Source of the DNA: Vicinamibacterales bacterium
Lineage (GTDB): Bacteria > Acidobacteriota > Vicinamibacteria > Vicinamibacterales > UBA8438
Assembly (NCBI GenBank): GCA_965208165.1
Contig: OZ242323.1
Location: 1,364,078 to 1,428,077, forward strand
DNA: 64,000 bases
Reading direction: 5' to 3'
The stretch's first letter is position 1. Each line of letters begins with the position of its first letter. Made by a program: the position numbers and the translations under genes. Of this stretch, positions 43,710 to 54,090 are shown one piece after another. The notes beneath the pieces were generated by a model. It made no database searches and was not told where the DNA came from. It saw only the letters and a list, made by a program, of their open reading frames with translations.

Positions 43710-44966
43710 CTAGTCGGCCGCTTCCCGCACGACCGTGAAGTCGGTGGCCCACTCGTGGGGGCCCCAGTGGACGACGAGGCGGCCGCGGTCGTCTCCGGTG
43801 GGGACGAGGGTGGCGCCGAGGGGCCGGAAGGACCCGGCGGCCCGCGAGTACTCGACCGGGGTCTCCGCCGCGTCGAAGTCGGGGTCGTGCTGCGTGCCCC
43901 AGGAATCGGGCTCGTGGTTGAACACGAAACGCCAGCCGGCGCCGGCCCGCCGCAGCCAGACGCCGTAGGCCCCGGCGAATCCGGGGGCGAGGTTGCCGGT
44001 GGGGACGCCGGCGTCGCCGAATCGCAGCGACACGTCGGACTTGAGGCGGAGGACGGGGGCGCGGATCATCTCGACGACCGCCCCGTCGGGGGTCTCGGCC
44101 AGTGTCGGATAGTCCTCGTCCTCGACGTCGATGCCCTTCCAGTACAACATCGAGATGCGAGCGCCGTCCGGCAGCACGAGGGCCGTCTCGTTGCGCTCGT
44201 TGAGCATGTTGTTCCGGGCCGTCGGGCTGTTGTCGTCCGCGGCCTGGCGGGGGGTCCCGCGGCCCGAGACCCGGGGCCGGCGGGGCGGCGGCGGCAGCTC
44301 GTCGAAGCGGAAGTCGCTGCTCCAGGCCTGGCGTCCCCAGCGCAGCTCCAGCCGGCCCGTCTCGGCCGCGGTGGCGTGCACCGAGGCGGTGAACACCGGC
44401 GCCGAAGCGGCGGCCTCCCGATGCTGCAGCGGCACGACGTGGACGGTGCCGCCGTCGCCGTCGGCGTCGCCGGTGGTCCGGATCTCGAGGCGCCAGCCCT
44501 CGGCGTCCCTCGCGATCCACAGCTCGGGATCGGGGGGCTCGGCCGGCTCCGTCACGGCTTCGGCCGCCGTTTCATCGGACTCGTCCGCGGATTCGCCCTC
44601 GGCCGGCTCCTCCCGCGCGGGTGCGGCCTGCCGCCGCGCCTCGGCCTCCACCCGCGCCGCGGCCGCGGCGCGCTCCGCGGCCAGCGCCTCGAGGTCGGCC
44701 TCGAGCGTTCCGATCCTCAGGGCGCGATGCCCCTCGAAGGTGCCGAGGCGTACCGGGACGCCCGCGAGCAGCTCCGCGTAGGCCGGCTCGTTCGCGGCCA
44801 GGTCGGGCGGGAACGCGACGTCGATCTGCTGTCCTTCCAGCACGAGCGAAGCGTGCACGAGCCCGTCAGCTTCCTCGGTCGGCGGCGGTGTCTGCGCGCC
44901 CGCGTGGGTCGCCGCCAGGGCGGTCAGGCCGCAGGCGACCCCCGCGGCGAGGAAGGTGGCGCACAC
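43710..44966 (-). CDS. hypothetical secreted protein (acidic linker plus C-terminal beta-rich domain)
   Basis: Signal peptide ..CATFLAAGVACGLTALAATHAGAQ. Start placed at the in-frame GTG nearest the signal; the track's 5' extension to 45182 would translate tandem repeats. Confidence 0.5.
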   Translation of the reverse strand: MCATFLAAGVACGLTALAATHAGAQTPPPTEEADGLVHASLVLEGQQIDVAFPPDLAANEPAYAELLAGVPVRLGTFEGHRALRIGTLEADLEALAAERAAAAARVEAEARRQAAPAREEPAEGESADESDETAAEAVTEPAEPPDPELWIARDAEGWRLEIRTTGDADGDGGTVHVVPLQHREAAASAPVFTASVHATAAETGRLELRWGRQAWSSDFRFDELPPPPRRPRVSGRGTPRQAADDNSPTARNNMLNERNETALVLPDGARISMLYWKGIDVEDEDYPTLAETPDGAVVEMIRAPVLRLKSDVSLRFGDAGVPTGNLAPGFAGAYGVWLRRAGAGWRFVFNHEPDSWGTQHDPDFDAAETPVEYSRAAGSFRPLGATLVPTGDDRGRLVVHWGPHEWATDFTVVREAAD

Positions 44967-44980
44967 GCGCAGGGAGCCGC

Positions 44981-45105
44981 GACGGACCGCTGCTCCCCCT
45001 CGCCCGCCCTTGATATCACCGGCAAGCAGGCAGGGGCGCCGGGGTGGGAGAGCACCCCCGCCGCGACGAACCGCTGCCCCCCGCCCGCCCGCGACATCCC
45101 GGGCG
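44981..45105. repeat. ~82-bp tandem repeat x2 (coordinates approximate); also a 17-bp direct repeat CGATGTTCCCCGCAGAA x2 at about 45186..45262
   Basis: GCGACG(G/A)ACCGCTGC.CCCC.CGCCCGCCC..GA.AT.. occurs twice. The 17-mers are 59 bp apart, immediately upstream of the hypothetical gene. Confidence 0.5.
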
Positions 45106-45258
45106 GCGATGAGGGCCGGACGCACCGGCAGGGGGCCGCGCCGGCCGAGACCGGCAGGATGGTTGTCACCGATGGTCGGCATGTCGATGTTCCCCGCAGA
45201 ATCGTGACGTGTTCCGGAGGGTCGAGATGGTGCCCGCGGGGTCGCGATGTTCCCCGCA

Positions 45259-45296
45259 GAAAAAGCGAGGGCGGGACCGTTCGGCCCCGCCCTGCT
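45259..45296 (-). terminator. Rho-independent terminator (minus strand) after the cytochrome-c-domain gene
   Basis: Minus-strand reading CAGGGCGGGGCCGAACGGTCCCGCCCTCGCTTTTTCTG: an 8-9 bp GC stem, loop, then T5. Sits 30 nt downstream of the stop at 45325. Confidence 0.55.
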
Positions 45297-45324
45297 GTGA
45301 ACGTCGAACGGCGGTCGACGGCCG

Positions 45325-46644
45325 TCAGTCGTTGTCGGTGGTCGGCATCGCCGCGGGCTCGTCGATCTCGGCGTAGCCGATGAACCCGAGCGACATCTCG
45401 TCGTCGGTCCGCGGCCCGTAGCCGACGAAGCGGTTCGGGTCGAAGCTGCGCCGCGAGGCGCGCTCCGCGGTGTTGTCGTACCAGAAGTCGACGTCGATGC
45501 GGGTGCCCTTCGGGAGCAGCTTCGGCTCCTTGTACTTGTAGGTCACCTGCCAGCTCTGGTCGTAGTGCGGCACGTCGAGCAGCAGCTCCTCGGTGCCGTC
45601 GGGGTAGAACGCGGTGTAGCGCGCGGCGACGGCCCGCAGGTGAGCGTGCGGCCAGTAGGTCAGCACCAGCGTGTCCTTCTCGAGGACGCGCGACGACCCC
45701 ACGCGGTAGTTCGGATGGTTGGGCGGAATCTCGAACCCGCGGTTGTAGAGGGTGTCGTTGACGACCTTGTGCCGCACCGGCTCGTCGGCGACCCAGAACG
45801 CGACCTGCGGGTTGCTCCAGGCGGCCGAGCCCTCGGCCGGCTCCTTGTGGTAGTGCATGTTGAACGAGATGCTCGACCCCGTCTCGAGCAGCACCCCGAA
45901 GCCCTCGGGCAGCATGTCGGGCTCGCCGCCCTCGGCCACGCAGCTCAGGAGCTGGCTGCCGGCCGCGTCGGCGCCCTCGTCCTCCACCGCGCTCTCGGGG
46001 ATGAAGGCGCCGGGCGCGATCATCGACGAGCACATGTGGTGGGTGATCTTGTTGTCGCCGACCCGGAACTCCCACCCCTTGACCCAGGTGTCCTCGGGCA
46101 GGATGTCCTCGGTCAGCTTCGCATAGAAGGTGATGTTCAGGTCGTAGATGTCGTCCTCGACGAGGAACGGCTCGGGCATGTTGACCACGAAGTCGGGGGC
46201 GCCGAGGGTCCAGCCGTCGTTGGCGTCCTCCGCGAACTGCCTCGCCGGCGGGGCATCGGCCAGGTCACCCGCGGGGGCGCCGGCCTCGACCCAGCCGAGG
46301 ATGGTGTCGATCTCGCCGTCGGTCAGGCCGCGCTCGTTCTCGAACACGCCCTTGGGGGCCGAGGCGAACCACGGCGGCATCTCGCGCGACTCGACCTTGG
46401 CGGCGATGGCGCGGGCCCAGGGCCGCGTCTCGCGGTAGTCCATGAACGACATCGGGGCGACGAGCCCGCCGATGTTGGCCCCGGACGGCCGATGGCAGGT
46501 CTGGCAGTTCTCCTGCATGATCGGCAGCACGTCCTTGTAGTAGGTCACCGCGGCCTCGGCGCCGTTCTCGGCGTAGCCGGGGGCGGCGAACGTCGAAACC
46601 ATGCCGAACGCGAGAAGAGCGGCGAGAGTGCGCGTGAGCTTCAT
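45325..46644 (-). CDS. secreted c-type cytochrome-domain protein with a large C-terminal domain
   Basis: Signal peptide MKLTRTLAALLAFGMVSTFAAPGYA; haem-binding CQTCH in YYKDVLPIMQENCQTCHRPSG, typical of PSCyt-like N-termini. Confidence 0.7.
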   Translation of the reverse strand: MKLTRTLAALLAFGMVSTFAAPGYAENGAEAAVTYYKDVLPIMQENCQTCHRPSGANIGGLVAPMSFMDYRETRPWARAIAAKVESREMPPWFASAPKGVFENERGLTDGEIDTILGWVEAGAPAGDLADAPPARQFAEDANDGWTLGAPDFVVNMPEPFLVEDDIYDLNITFYAKLTEDILPEDTWVKGWEFRVGDNKITHHMCSSMIAPGAFIPESAVEDEGADAAGSQLLSCVAEGGEPDMLPEGFGVLLETGSSISFNMHYHKEPAEGSAAWSNPQVAFWVADEPVRHKVVNDTLYNRGFEIPPNHPNYRVGSSRVLEKDTLVLTYWPHAHLRAVAARYTAFYPDGTEELLLDVPHYDQSWQVTYKYKEPKLLPKGTRIDVDFWYDNTAERASRRSFDPNRFVGYGPRTDDEMSLGFIGYAEIDEPAAMPTTDND

Positions 46645-46998
46645 TCAAGATCTCCTTGGCGGCCCGGGTCGCGTGCGTGTGGGGACAGACGCCCCGACGA
46701 GTGCTTTTACCACAGTGCGGCACGGGCCGCAAGGAAAACGGGTGCACGACATTGTTGGATGCGGCCCCCGGCGCCGTCGGGCTCTCGATTCACGGGGAGC
46801 GGCTCGGGCCAAGACCCCCGCAACAGGCCAATCCCTGGGCTGCCGCGCCCGCACACGAGGTGGTGCCCGTCTTGCGTGACGGCGCACAACTTTCCCTGTC
46901 GTGCACCCAAGGGCAACGGCCCGGGAGGCGCCCGTGGTCGAGCCCGCGTTGCCCGCGATCGGGGGGCGGGTGGAGGGCGACGGGGGCGGAACGGGCAT

Positions 46999-49773
46999 TC
47001 AGGGGATTGGCACCCGCTCGGCGAGCTCAGTGAACCAGTTGGCGACGTAGACGAGATCCGTCGGTCCCTGGCGCGGGTCGTCGCCGGGCGCGTTTTCGTC
47101 TTCCTTGATCATGAGGAACCGGCCGCCGTCCGGCGCCACGTCCCACTGCCGGCTGGCCGCCGCCATCCAGATGTCCATGCGGCCAGACAGCTCGAACAGC
47201 CTCTCGGGGCGCGACCAGGTGAACGACGGGTCGCCGTCGTACTCGACCGCCATCATCGCCCTGCCGCCGGGAGCGGCGGCGACGTAGAAGAGCTCCCGGC
47301 TGTCTCGGGACCACGCCGGCGCGAGGCCGGGGCCCTGCGACACCTGCCACTTGCCGTCGCCGACGTCGGGGAACGGCCGCACGAAGACGGCGGGAGGACC
47401 CGACTCGTTCGACTGGTAGGCGATCCAGCGGCCGTCGGGGGAGACGGCCGGCAGCGCTTCCGCGAAGGCGGTCGCGATCAGCGGCTCCGAGACCCCGCCG
47501 TCGAGCGGCAGCCGGTGAATGTCCACGTCGGTCATGCCGGCCGCGTGCGAGAGCACGAGGGTGGCGGAGCTCTCCACCCACGCCGCCCCGGTCTGCATCG
47601 GTCCGGTCGAGGTCAGGCGCTCGGCCTGCCCCGTGCCGTCCGCCGCCTTCCGGAACAGGCCGAACCCGTCGGCACCGGCGGTCGTGTACACGACGCGACG
47701 GCCGTCCGGCGACCAGAGCGGATTGACGTTCCACCCCTCGAAGGTCAGGCGGTTCGACGCCTCGCGGGCGACGTCGTAGATGACGATGTCGGCGTCGCTG
47801 CCGTTGGCGGCGGTGACGGCCAGCGCGATGCGGCCGCCGTCGGGCGAGACGCGCGGCGTGCGGTACGCGCGCGGCGGCGCCGGCAGCGGCTCCTCGCCCC
47901 CCTCGCGGTCCACCCATGCCAGTGTCCGGCGGCTCTCGGCGGGATAGAAGGCGTCGACCTCGTAGACGAGCGTGCCGTCGCCGGCCCAGGCGCTGAGGCC
48001 CGCGTCCGGGACGACGGGGACCGTCGGGCCGGTCAGCTCGAGGCGCTCGGCGTCGAAGGGGGCGGCCATGAGCGTCGCGGTGGCGGGTCCGCGCCGGCTG
48101 GGCGCCTGGCGGACCTCGCGGAGCAGGAGGTGGCCCGTCGGCGCGTAGGTCGCCTCCGTGACCGCCGACGCCACGAGGCGCGGTTCCCCCGCCGGCAGGG
48201 TCACCGCCTTGAGTTGCAGCTCTCCGTCGGGCACGAACTCCACGAAGAGCAGCGCCGAGGAGCCCGGGAGCACGTGGGGCGCCATGCACGCGGCCAGCTC
48301 GGGGACCGCGCCGGCCGGCAGCACCGCCTCCGGCGTTCCGCCGTCGCCCGGCACGCGCAGCAGGCCGCCGAGGGCGCCGACGACGATGCGGTCGTCGTCC
48401 CCCCAGCTCGCGCCGATGGCGGGCACGTTCTCGGCGAGCGCCACCGGCGCCCCTCCGGCCCCGGGCACCTTCATCAGGGTCCAGCGGGGCTGGAGCCGTT
48501 CCGTCGGTCCCGCCGGTCCGCCGCCCGCGAAGAAGCCGATCCAGGCACCGTCGGGCGAGAAGAACGGGTCGAGCGCGCCTTCGGCGCCGGCCAGCGGCTG
48601 CGCGTCGGCCTGGTCCAGACGGCGGACCATCAGGCGCCGGCTCCGGCCGTCGCGGCCGACGTAGGCCAGGGTCGAGCCGTCCGGCGACAGCGCGAAGCTG
48701 GTGCCGCGCGCCATCGGAGACGGCAGGTCGAGAGAGAGGCGCCGGACGCCGGACGGCGCCGGCGGCGGCGCGAGGCTCCAGAGCGCCAGGCCCACCGCGG
48801 CCGCGCCGAGGGCCAGACCCGCGGCGGCCCACGCGGTCCGCTGCCGCCACCCGGGCGGGGGTGGTGGGGCGATCGCCGCGGTCCCGCCGCCGGAAGCCGT
48901 CACCTCCGGCTTCAGCGCCGCCTCGAGGTCGCTGATTGCCTCGCCCGCGTCCCGCATGCGCCGCCGCGGGTCGCGTTCGAGACACCGTCGCAGCACACGC
49001 CTGACGGGCGCGGGGGTGGACGGCGGCAGGTTCGACAGATCGAGCTCGCGGTCGAGCACCCGGGCCAGCACATGGGGCACCGTCTCGCCCCCGAACAGGC
49101 GTTCGCCGGCCAGCATCTCGTAGAGCAGGACGCCGAAGGACCAGAGATCGGTGCCGACATCGACGGCGGTGCCCGCGGCCTGCTCGGGCGACATGTAGGA
49201 CGGGGTCCCCATGATCACCCCCATGCGGGTGGCCGACGCGGTGAGGGTGAGCGACTGCGACACGTCCTCCTCGGGAGCCGGCTCCGGGTCGAGGGCCTTG
49301 GCGAGGCCGAAGTCCAGCACCTTGACGGTCCCGTCGTTCCGCACCTTGACGTTGGCCGGCTTGAGGTCCCGGTGCACCACGCCCGCTTCGTGCGCCGCCT
49401 GCAGGGCCGAGGCGATCTGCCACGCGACCTGAAGCGCGTCGTCGAGGGGAACGGGGCCGCGCTCGATGAGGTCGGCGAGGGTCGGGCCCTCGACCAGCTC
49501 GAGGACCAGCGCCCGCGTTTCCCCGCTCTCCTCGAAGCCGTAGATCTGCGCGATGTTGGGGTGGTTCAGCGAGGCCAGCACCCTGGCTTCGCGCTCGAAG
49601 CGCGCCTGCCGCTCGGGGTCGGCGCTGAACGCCTCGGGCAGCACCTTCAGCGCCACGTCGCGGTCGAGGGTGGTGTCGTGCGCGCGGTGCACCTCGCCCA
49701 TGCCCCCGGCGCCGAGCGAGCCGATGACCTCGTAGATGCCGATTCGCGTCCCGGGGGTGAGCGGCATGGCCAT
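46999..49773 (-). CDS. Ser/Thr protein kinase with TM segment and C-terminal TolB-like (PD40/WD40) beta-propeller
   Basis: Kinase subdomains GxGxxGxV...HRDLKPANV...DFGLAK; TM helix WAAAGLALGAAAVGLALW; repeated PD40-like blades. Confidence 0.9.
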   Translation of the reverse strand: MAMPLTPGTRIGIYEVIGSLGAGGMGEVHRAHDTTLDRDVALKVLPEAFSADPERQARFEREARVLASLNHPNIAQIYGFEESGETRALVLELVEGPTLADLIERGPVPLDDALQVAWQIASALQAAHEAGVVHRDLKPANVKVRNDGTVKVLDFGLAKALDPEPAPEEDVSQSLTLTASATRMGVIMGTPSYMSPEQAAGTAVDVGTDLWSFGVLLYEMLAGERLFGGETVPHVLARVLDRELDLSNLPPSTPAPVRRVLRRCLERDPRRRMRDAGEAISDLEAALKPEVTASGGGTAAIAPPPPPGWRQRTAWAAAGLALGAAAVGLALWSLAPPPAPSGVRRLSLDLPSPMARGTSFALSPDGSTLAYVGRDGRSRRLMVRRLDQADAQPLAGAEGALDPFFSPDGAWIGFFAGGGPAGPTERLQPRWTLMKVPGAGGAPVALAENVPAIGASWGDDDRIVVGALGGLLRVPGDGGTPEAVLPAGAVPELAACMAPHVLPGSSALLFVEFVPDGELQLKAVTLPAGEPRLVASAVTEATYAPTGHLLLREVRQAPSRRGPATATLMAAPFDAERLELTGPTVPVVPDAGLSAWAGDGTLVYEVDAFYPAESRRTLAWVDREGGEEPLPAPPRAYRTPRVSPDGGRIALAVTAANGSDADIVIYDVAREASNRLTFEGWNVNPLWSPDGRRVVYTTAGADGFGLFRKAADGTGQAERLTSTGPMQTGAAWVESSATLVLSHAAGMTDVDIHRLPLDGGVSEPLIATAFAEALPAVSPDGRWIAYQSNESGPPAVFVRPFPDVGDGKWQVSQGPGLAPAWSRDSRELFYVAAAPGGRAMMAVEYDGDPSFTWSRPERLFELSGRMDIWMAAASRQWDVAPDGGRFLMIKEDENAPGDDPRQGPTDLVYVANWFTELAERVPIP

Positions 49774-50292
49774 GAACCTCGATTGGCTTCGACACCGTAG
49801 ACCGCCGGCCGGCGCGGATTATGCCGCCGGGCCCGATATGCGCCCTCGCCGCGCCTCCTCGGGCGGGCGCCCCGGCATCCGCAGAGCGCTGGGGCGCGGT
49901 GCGAGGCCGGGCTTCACCACGGGCTCCTGGCGGTATGTCCGAGCCCGGCGCGCCCCCGGGAATGATATCCGCGGAGCGGCCGCCGGATCGCGCTCGATTG
50001 ACAGCGTGCGGGGGTTCGGCCAGACTATCAGCGAGTCGATCGGTGGCGATATCGCCGTTCCACAGTCACATCGACCGGAGTGCAGGGGCCTTCCTGACTG
50101 GCGTCACGCGCTCTACGCGCCCGCTCCCGTCCGGCGCCGTGTTGGCATGCCGGCGTGTCGCGGCACACCGGTTCAGGCGGATTCTCGGCGGCGTGCCAGG
50201 CGTCCGGGCCGTAGAACAGTAGACGGCTGGCAGGCTTGGCTGGGCGCCAAGCGGAGCCCGTAGGGCGACGGTTGGCGGGCTTTGGAGGGCTG

Positions 50293-52755
50293 ATGATGCT
50301 GGCTGTCTCGCCAGGTTTCCGTTTCCGGGCTGACGCGGTCGCCGCCGTGCTTCTCGCGCAGGCCCTCGCCGCCACCGGGGCGCTCGCCCAGCCCGCCGGC
50401 GGCGCCGACCTGCTCGCGGCCACCGTCGACCGCTACTGCCTGACCTGCCACAACGACCGGCTGCGCACCGCCGGCCTGAGCCTCGACGGCCAGGATCTCT
50501 CCTCCGTCGCCAGCCATGCGGAGCTGTGGGAGAAGGTGGTGGCGAAGCTGCGCACCCGCGCCATGCCGCCGGTCGGCCGCCCGAGGCCCGACGCCGGGAT
50601 CTACGACGGGGTCGCGGGGTGGCTGGAATCGGAGATCGACCGCGTCGCCCTCGGCGCGCCTGACCCGGGGCGCACGCAGGCCGTGCACCGCCTGAACCGC
50701 GCCGAGTACGCCAACGCCGTGCGCGACCTGCTGGCGGTGGACGTCGACGTCGACGACCTGCTGCCCGCCGACGACTTCGACGAGTACGGCTTCGACAACA
50801 ACGCCGACGTGCTGACCGTCTCGTCCGCCCTCATGGAGCGGTACCTGTCGGCCGCCCGGAAGATCGGGCGGACCGCCCTCGGCGAGGCCCCGCTGGGGCC
50901 GGCCGCGGAGACCTACAAGGTCCCCATCCTGCTGCTGCAGGACGACCGGATGAGCGAGGACCTGCCGTTCGGGTCACGCGGGGGCATCGCCATCCGGCAT
51001 GTCTTTCCCGTGGACGGCGAGTACGACCTGGAGATCCGCCTCCACCGCAACTACGTGAACTACGTGCGGGGCATGGGGTCGCGCCACGAGCTCGAGGTCC
51101 GGGTGGACGGCGAGCTCGTCCGCACGTTCGTCTTCGGCGGCGAGGAGCCGGAAGGGGTCCAGGCCCCGGCCAGCTACGGCGGCAACCAGTTCGGCGACCC
51201 CGAGTGGGAAGAGTACATGCTCTTCGCCGACGCCAACATGCGGGTGCGCTTCGAAGCCGAGGCCGGCCCGCGCGTCGTCGGGGTCTCGTTCGTGCGGCGG
51301 TTCACCGAGCCGGAAGGGGTGCTGCAACCCCGGCAGAGCGTGTTCGCGGTCGCCGTGAACGAGATGCGGGACGGCTACGCGGCGGTCGAGCACGTCGTCA
51401 TCGGCGGCCCCTACTCGTCGGCGGGCGGGCCGGGGGACACCCCGAGCCGCCGCGCCATCTTCACGTGCCGCCCCGACAGCGGAACGGCGGCCGACGAGGC
51501 GCGGTGCGCGCGCGAGATCCTCGGCTCGCTGGCCCGGCGCGCCTACCGCCGGCCCGTCGACGCGGGCGACCTCGACACCCTGATGCAGTTCTACCGGGCG
51601 GGCCGCGAGGGCGGCAGCTTCGACGCCGGCATCCAGCTCGCCCTCGAGCGCGTGCTCATCGCCCCCGACTTCCTGTTCCGGGTGGTGCGCGACCCCGTCG
51701 ACGCCGGCCCCGGGACCGCCTACGCCCTCAGCGACCTCGATCTGGCGTCGCGGCTCTCGTTCTTCCTGTGGTCGACCGGCCCCGACGACGAGCTGCTCGC
51801 CCTCGCCGAGGCGGGCCGGCTCGCCGACCCCGCGGTGCTCGAGGCTCAGGCGCGGCGCATGCTCGCCGATCCCCGGGCGACCGAGCTGGTGCGGAACTTC
51901 GCGGGCCAGTGGCTGTACCTGCGCAACCTGCGCAGCGTAGTGCCCGACGCCATCACCTTCCCCGAGTTCGACGAGAACCTGCGCGAGGCGTTCCGCGAGG
52001 AGACGGAGCTGTTCGTCGACAGCCTGCTGCGGGAGGACCGCAGCGTGCTCGACCTGCTCGGGGCCGACTACACGTTCGTCAACGAGCGGCTCGCCGACCA
52101 CTACGGCATCCCCAACGTCTACGGCAGCCACTTCCGGCGGGTGCGCCTGGACGACGAGCTGGCGGAACGGCGCGGCGGCATCTTCGGGCACGGCAGCGTG
52201 CTGACGGTGACGTCGTACCCGAACCGGACGTCGCCGGTGCTGCGCGGCAAGTGGATGCTGATCAACATCCTCGGGACGCCCCCGCCACCGCCCCCGGCCG
52301 ACGTCCCCGACCTGCCGGAGCGGGGCGAGGACGGCCGGGCCGCCACCGTGCGCGACCGGCTCGCCCGCCACCGCGAGAGCCCCGCCTGCTCGGTGTGCCA
52401 CGCCCCGATGGACCCCCTGGGGCTGGCCCTGGAGAACTACGACGCGGTGGGGCGCTGGCGCACCACCGGCACCGCCGGGCTGCCCATCGACTCGTCGGGG
52501 CAGCTGCCCGACGGCACCGCCTTCGACGGGCCGACCGGGCTGCGCTCGCTGCTGATGGAGCGGCGCCACCAGTTCGCCCAGACCTTGACCGAGAAGCTGC
52601 TGGCCTACGGGCTGGGGCGGGGGCCGGAGTACTACGACCGTCCCACCGTGCGGGCCATCACCCGCGAGGCGGCTTCCGACAACTACCGCTGGTCGTCTAT
52701 CATTGTCGGCATCGTCAAGAGCACACCGTTCCGGATGCGGAGGACCGAATCATGA
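50293..52755 (+). CDS. DUF1592/DUF1595/DUF1587/DUF1588/DUF1585 (PSD/PSCyt-type) protein with CxxCH
   Basis: DRYCLTCHNDRLRTAGLSLDG (planctomycete-type cytochrome-c domain), then the conserved DUF15xx blocks; GGAGGG RBS before MMLAV. Confidence 0.85.
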   Translation: MMLAVSPGFRFRADAVAAVLLAQALAATGALAQPAGGADLLAATVDRYCLTCHNDRLRTAGLSLDGQDLSSVASHAELWEKVVAKLRTRAMPPVGRPRPDAGIYDGVAGWLESEIDRVALGAPDPGRTQAVHRLNRAEYANAVRDLLAVDVDVDDLLPADDFDEYGFDNNADVLTVSSALMERYLSAARKIGRTALGEAPLGPAAETYKVPILLLQDDRMSEDLPFGSRGGIAIRHVFPVDGEYDLEIRLHRNYVNYVRGMGSRHELEVRVDGELVRTFVFGGEEPEGVQAPASYGGNQFGDPEWEEYMLFADANMRVRFEAEAGPRVVGVSFVRRFTEPEGVLQPRQSVFAVAVNEMRDGYAAVEHVVIGGPYSSAGGPGDTPSRRAIFTCRPDSGTAADEARCAREILGSLARRAYRRPVDAGDLDTLMQFYRAGREGGSFDAGIQLALERVLIAPDFLFRVVRDPVDAGPGTAYALSDLDLASRLSFFLWSTGPDDELLALAEAGRLADPAVLEAQARRMLADPRATELVRNFAGQWLYLRNLRSVVPDAITFPEFDENLREAFREETELFVDSLLREDRSVLDLLGADYTFVNERLADHYGIPNVYGSHFRRVRLDDELAERRGGIFGHGSVLTVTSYPNRTSPVLRGKWMLINILGTPPPPPPADVPDLPERGEDGRAATVRDRLARHRESPACSVCHAPMDPLGLALENYDAVGRWRTTGTAGLPIDSSGQLPDGTAFDGPTGLRSLLMERRHQFAQTLTEKLLAYGLGRGPEYYDRPTVRAITREAASDNYRWSSIIVGIVKSTPFRMRRTES

Positions 52756-54086
52756 TCGTCACCCAGAAGGCGCTTCCCCGTCGTACCGTGCTCCGAGGGC
52801 TCGGAGCCTCGCTCGCGTTGCCGCTGCTCGACGGGATGGTGCCGGCGTTCGCGGCCCTGCGCACCACCGCGGCGGCCCCGGTGCGCCGCCTCGGGGTGGT
52901 GTACGTCCCCAACGGGATGATGATGCCGCACTGGACGCCGCCCTCCGAGGGCGCCGGGTTCGAGTTCCCGACCATCCTCAAGCCCCTCGAGCCGTTCCGC
53001 TCGCACGTCCAGGTGCTGTCGGGCATGCACGGCGTCGAGAGCGAGGGGCCGCACGCCCGCTCCTCGACCCGGTTCCTCACCGGGGTGCCGTCGAAGCCGG
53101 ACGACGGGTCCGACCTGCGGGGCGGCGTGTCGATGGACCAGCTCGCAGGGCGCGTGCACGGCCGCGAGACGCAGCTCGCGACCCTCGAGCTCGCCCTCGA
53201 CGGGCGCGACTTCGCGGGGTCGTGCGACGACGGCTTCAGCTGCGCCTACACCAACACCATCACGTGGGCCAACGACGTGACCCCGCTGCCGATGGAGAAC
53301 AACCCCCGGGCGGTGTTCGAGCGCCTGTTCGGCGACACCGGCAGCACCGACCCCGCGATTCGCCGGGCGCGGCTCGCCAGGGACGCCAGCCTCCTCGACT
53401 CGGTGACGGACCGCGCCGCGCATCTGTCGCGCCAGCTCGGGGCCGGCGACCAAGCCAAGCTCGACCAGTACCTCGACGCGGTGCGCGACATCGAGCGCCG
53501 CATCCAGATGGCCGAGGCCCAGAGCGACCGCGAGCTCCCGGTGGTGGCCCAGCCCGCCGGCATTCCCGACAGCGTGGGCGAGCACGCGAAGCTGATGTTC
53601 GACCTGATGGCCCTCGCCTGGGAGACGGACCTCACGCGGGTCGTGACGTTCATGATGGGGCGGGAGATCACCGGCCGGACGTACGCCGAGATCGGCGTGC
53701 CCGACGCCCACCATCCGATCTCGCACCACCAGCGCGACCCCGAGAAGCTCGCCAAGCTGACGAAGATCAACCAGTACCACGTGCAGCTCTTCTCGGCCTT
53801 CGTCGACCGGCTGGCGAACACCCCCGACGGCGACGGCACGCTGCTCGACCGCTCGATGATCGTCTACGGCGCGGGCATGGGCGACAGCAACGCCCACGCC
53901 TCGTACAACCTGCCGATCCTCCTCGCCGGCGGCGGCGCGGGCACGGGCGGGCGCCACGTGAAGTATTCCGAGGACACGCCGCTGGCCAACCTGCACCTGA
54001 GCCTGCTCGACAAGATGGGGGTGCCCATCGAGAAGCTCGGCCACAGCAACGGCCGGCTGCCGCTCGAGCCGCTGTCCGGCGTGTAG
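52752..54086 (+). CDS. DUF1552 protein (Tat-type N-terminus), partner of the DUF1592 protein
   Basis: ATG overlaps the upstream stop (ATGA); RRTVLRGLGASLALPLLD...NLPILLAGGGAGTGGRHVKY...LSLLDKMGVPIEKLG. The track merges it into a wrong-frame 960-aa ORF. Confidence 0.9.
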   Translation: MIVTQKALPRRTVLRGLGASLALPLLDGMVPAFAALRTTAAAPVRRLGVVYVPNGMMMPHWTPPSEGAGFEFPTILKPLEPFRSHVQVLSGMHGVESEGPHARSSTRFLTGVPSKPDDGSDLRGGVSMDQLAGRVHGRETQLATLELALDGRDFAGSCDDGFSCAYTNTITWANDVTPLPMENNPRAVFERLFGDTGSTDPAIRRARLARDASLLDSVTDRAAHLSRQLGAGDQAKLDQYLDAVRDIERRIQMAEAQSDRELPVVAQPAGIPDSVGEHAKLMFDLMALAWETDLTRVVTFMMGREITGRTYAEIGVPDAHHPISHHQRDPEKLAKLTKINQYHVQLFSAFVDRLANTPDGDGTLLDRSMIVYGAGMGDSNAHASYNLPILLAGGGAGTGGRHVKYSEDTPLANLHLSLLDKMGVPIEKLGHSNGRLPLEPLSGV

Positions 54087-54090
54087 GGCC

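Noticed and set aside
45100-45125. Apparent 2-nt disagreement between my hand reading of the sequence and three ORF-track translations crossing about 45120
   Set aside because: Most likely my own transcription slip, since the track ORF lengths are internally consistent. Coordinates I give for repeats at 44981..45262 are therefore approximate.
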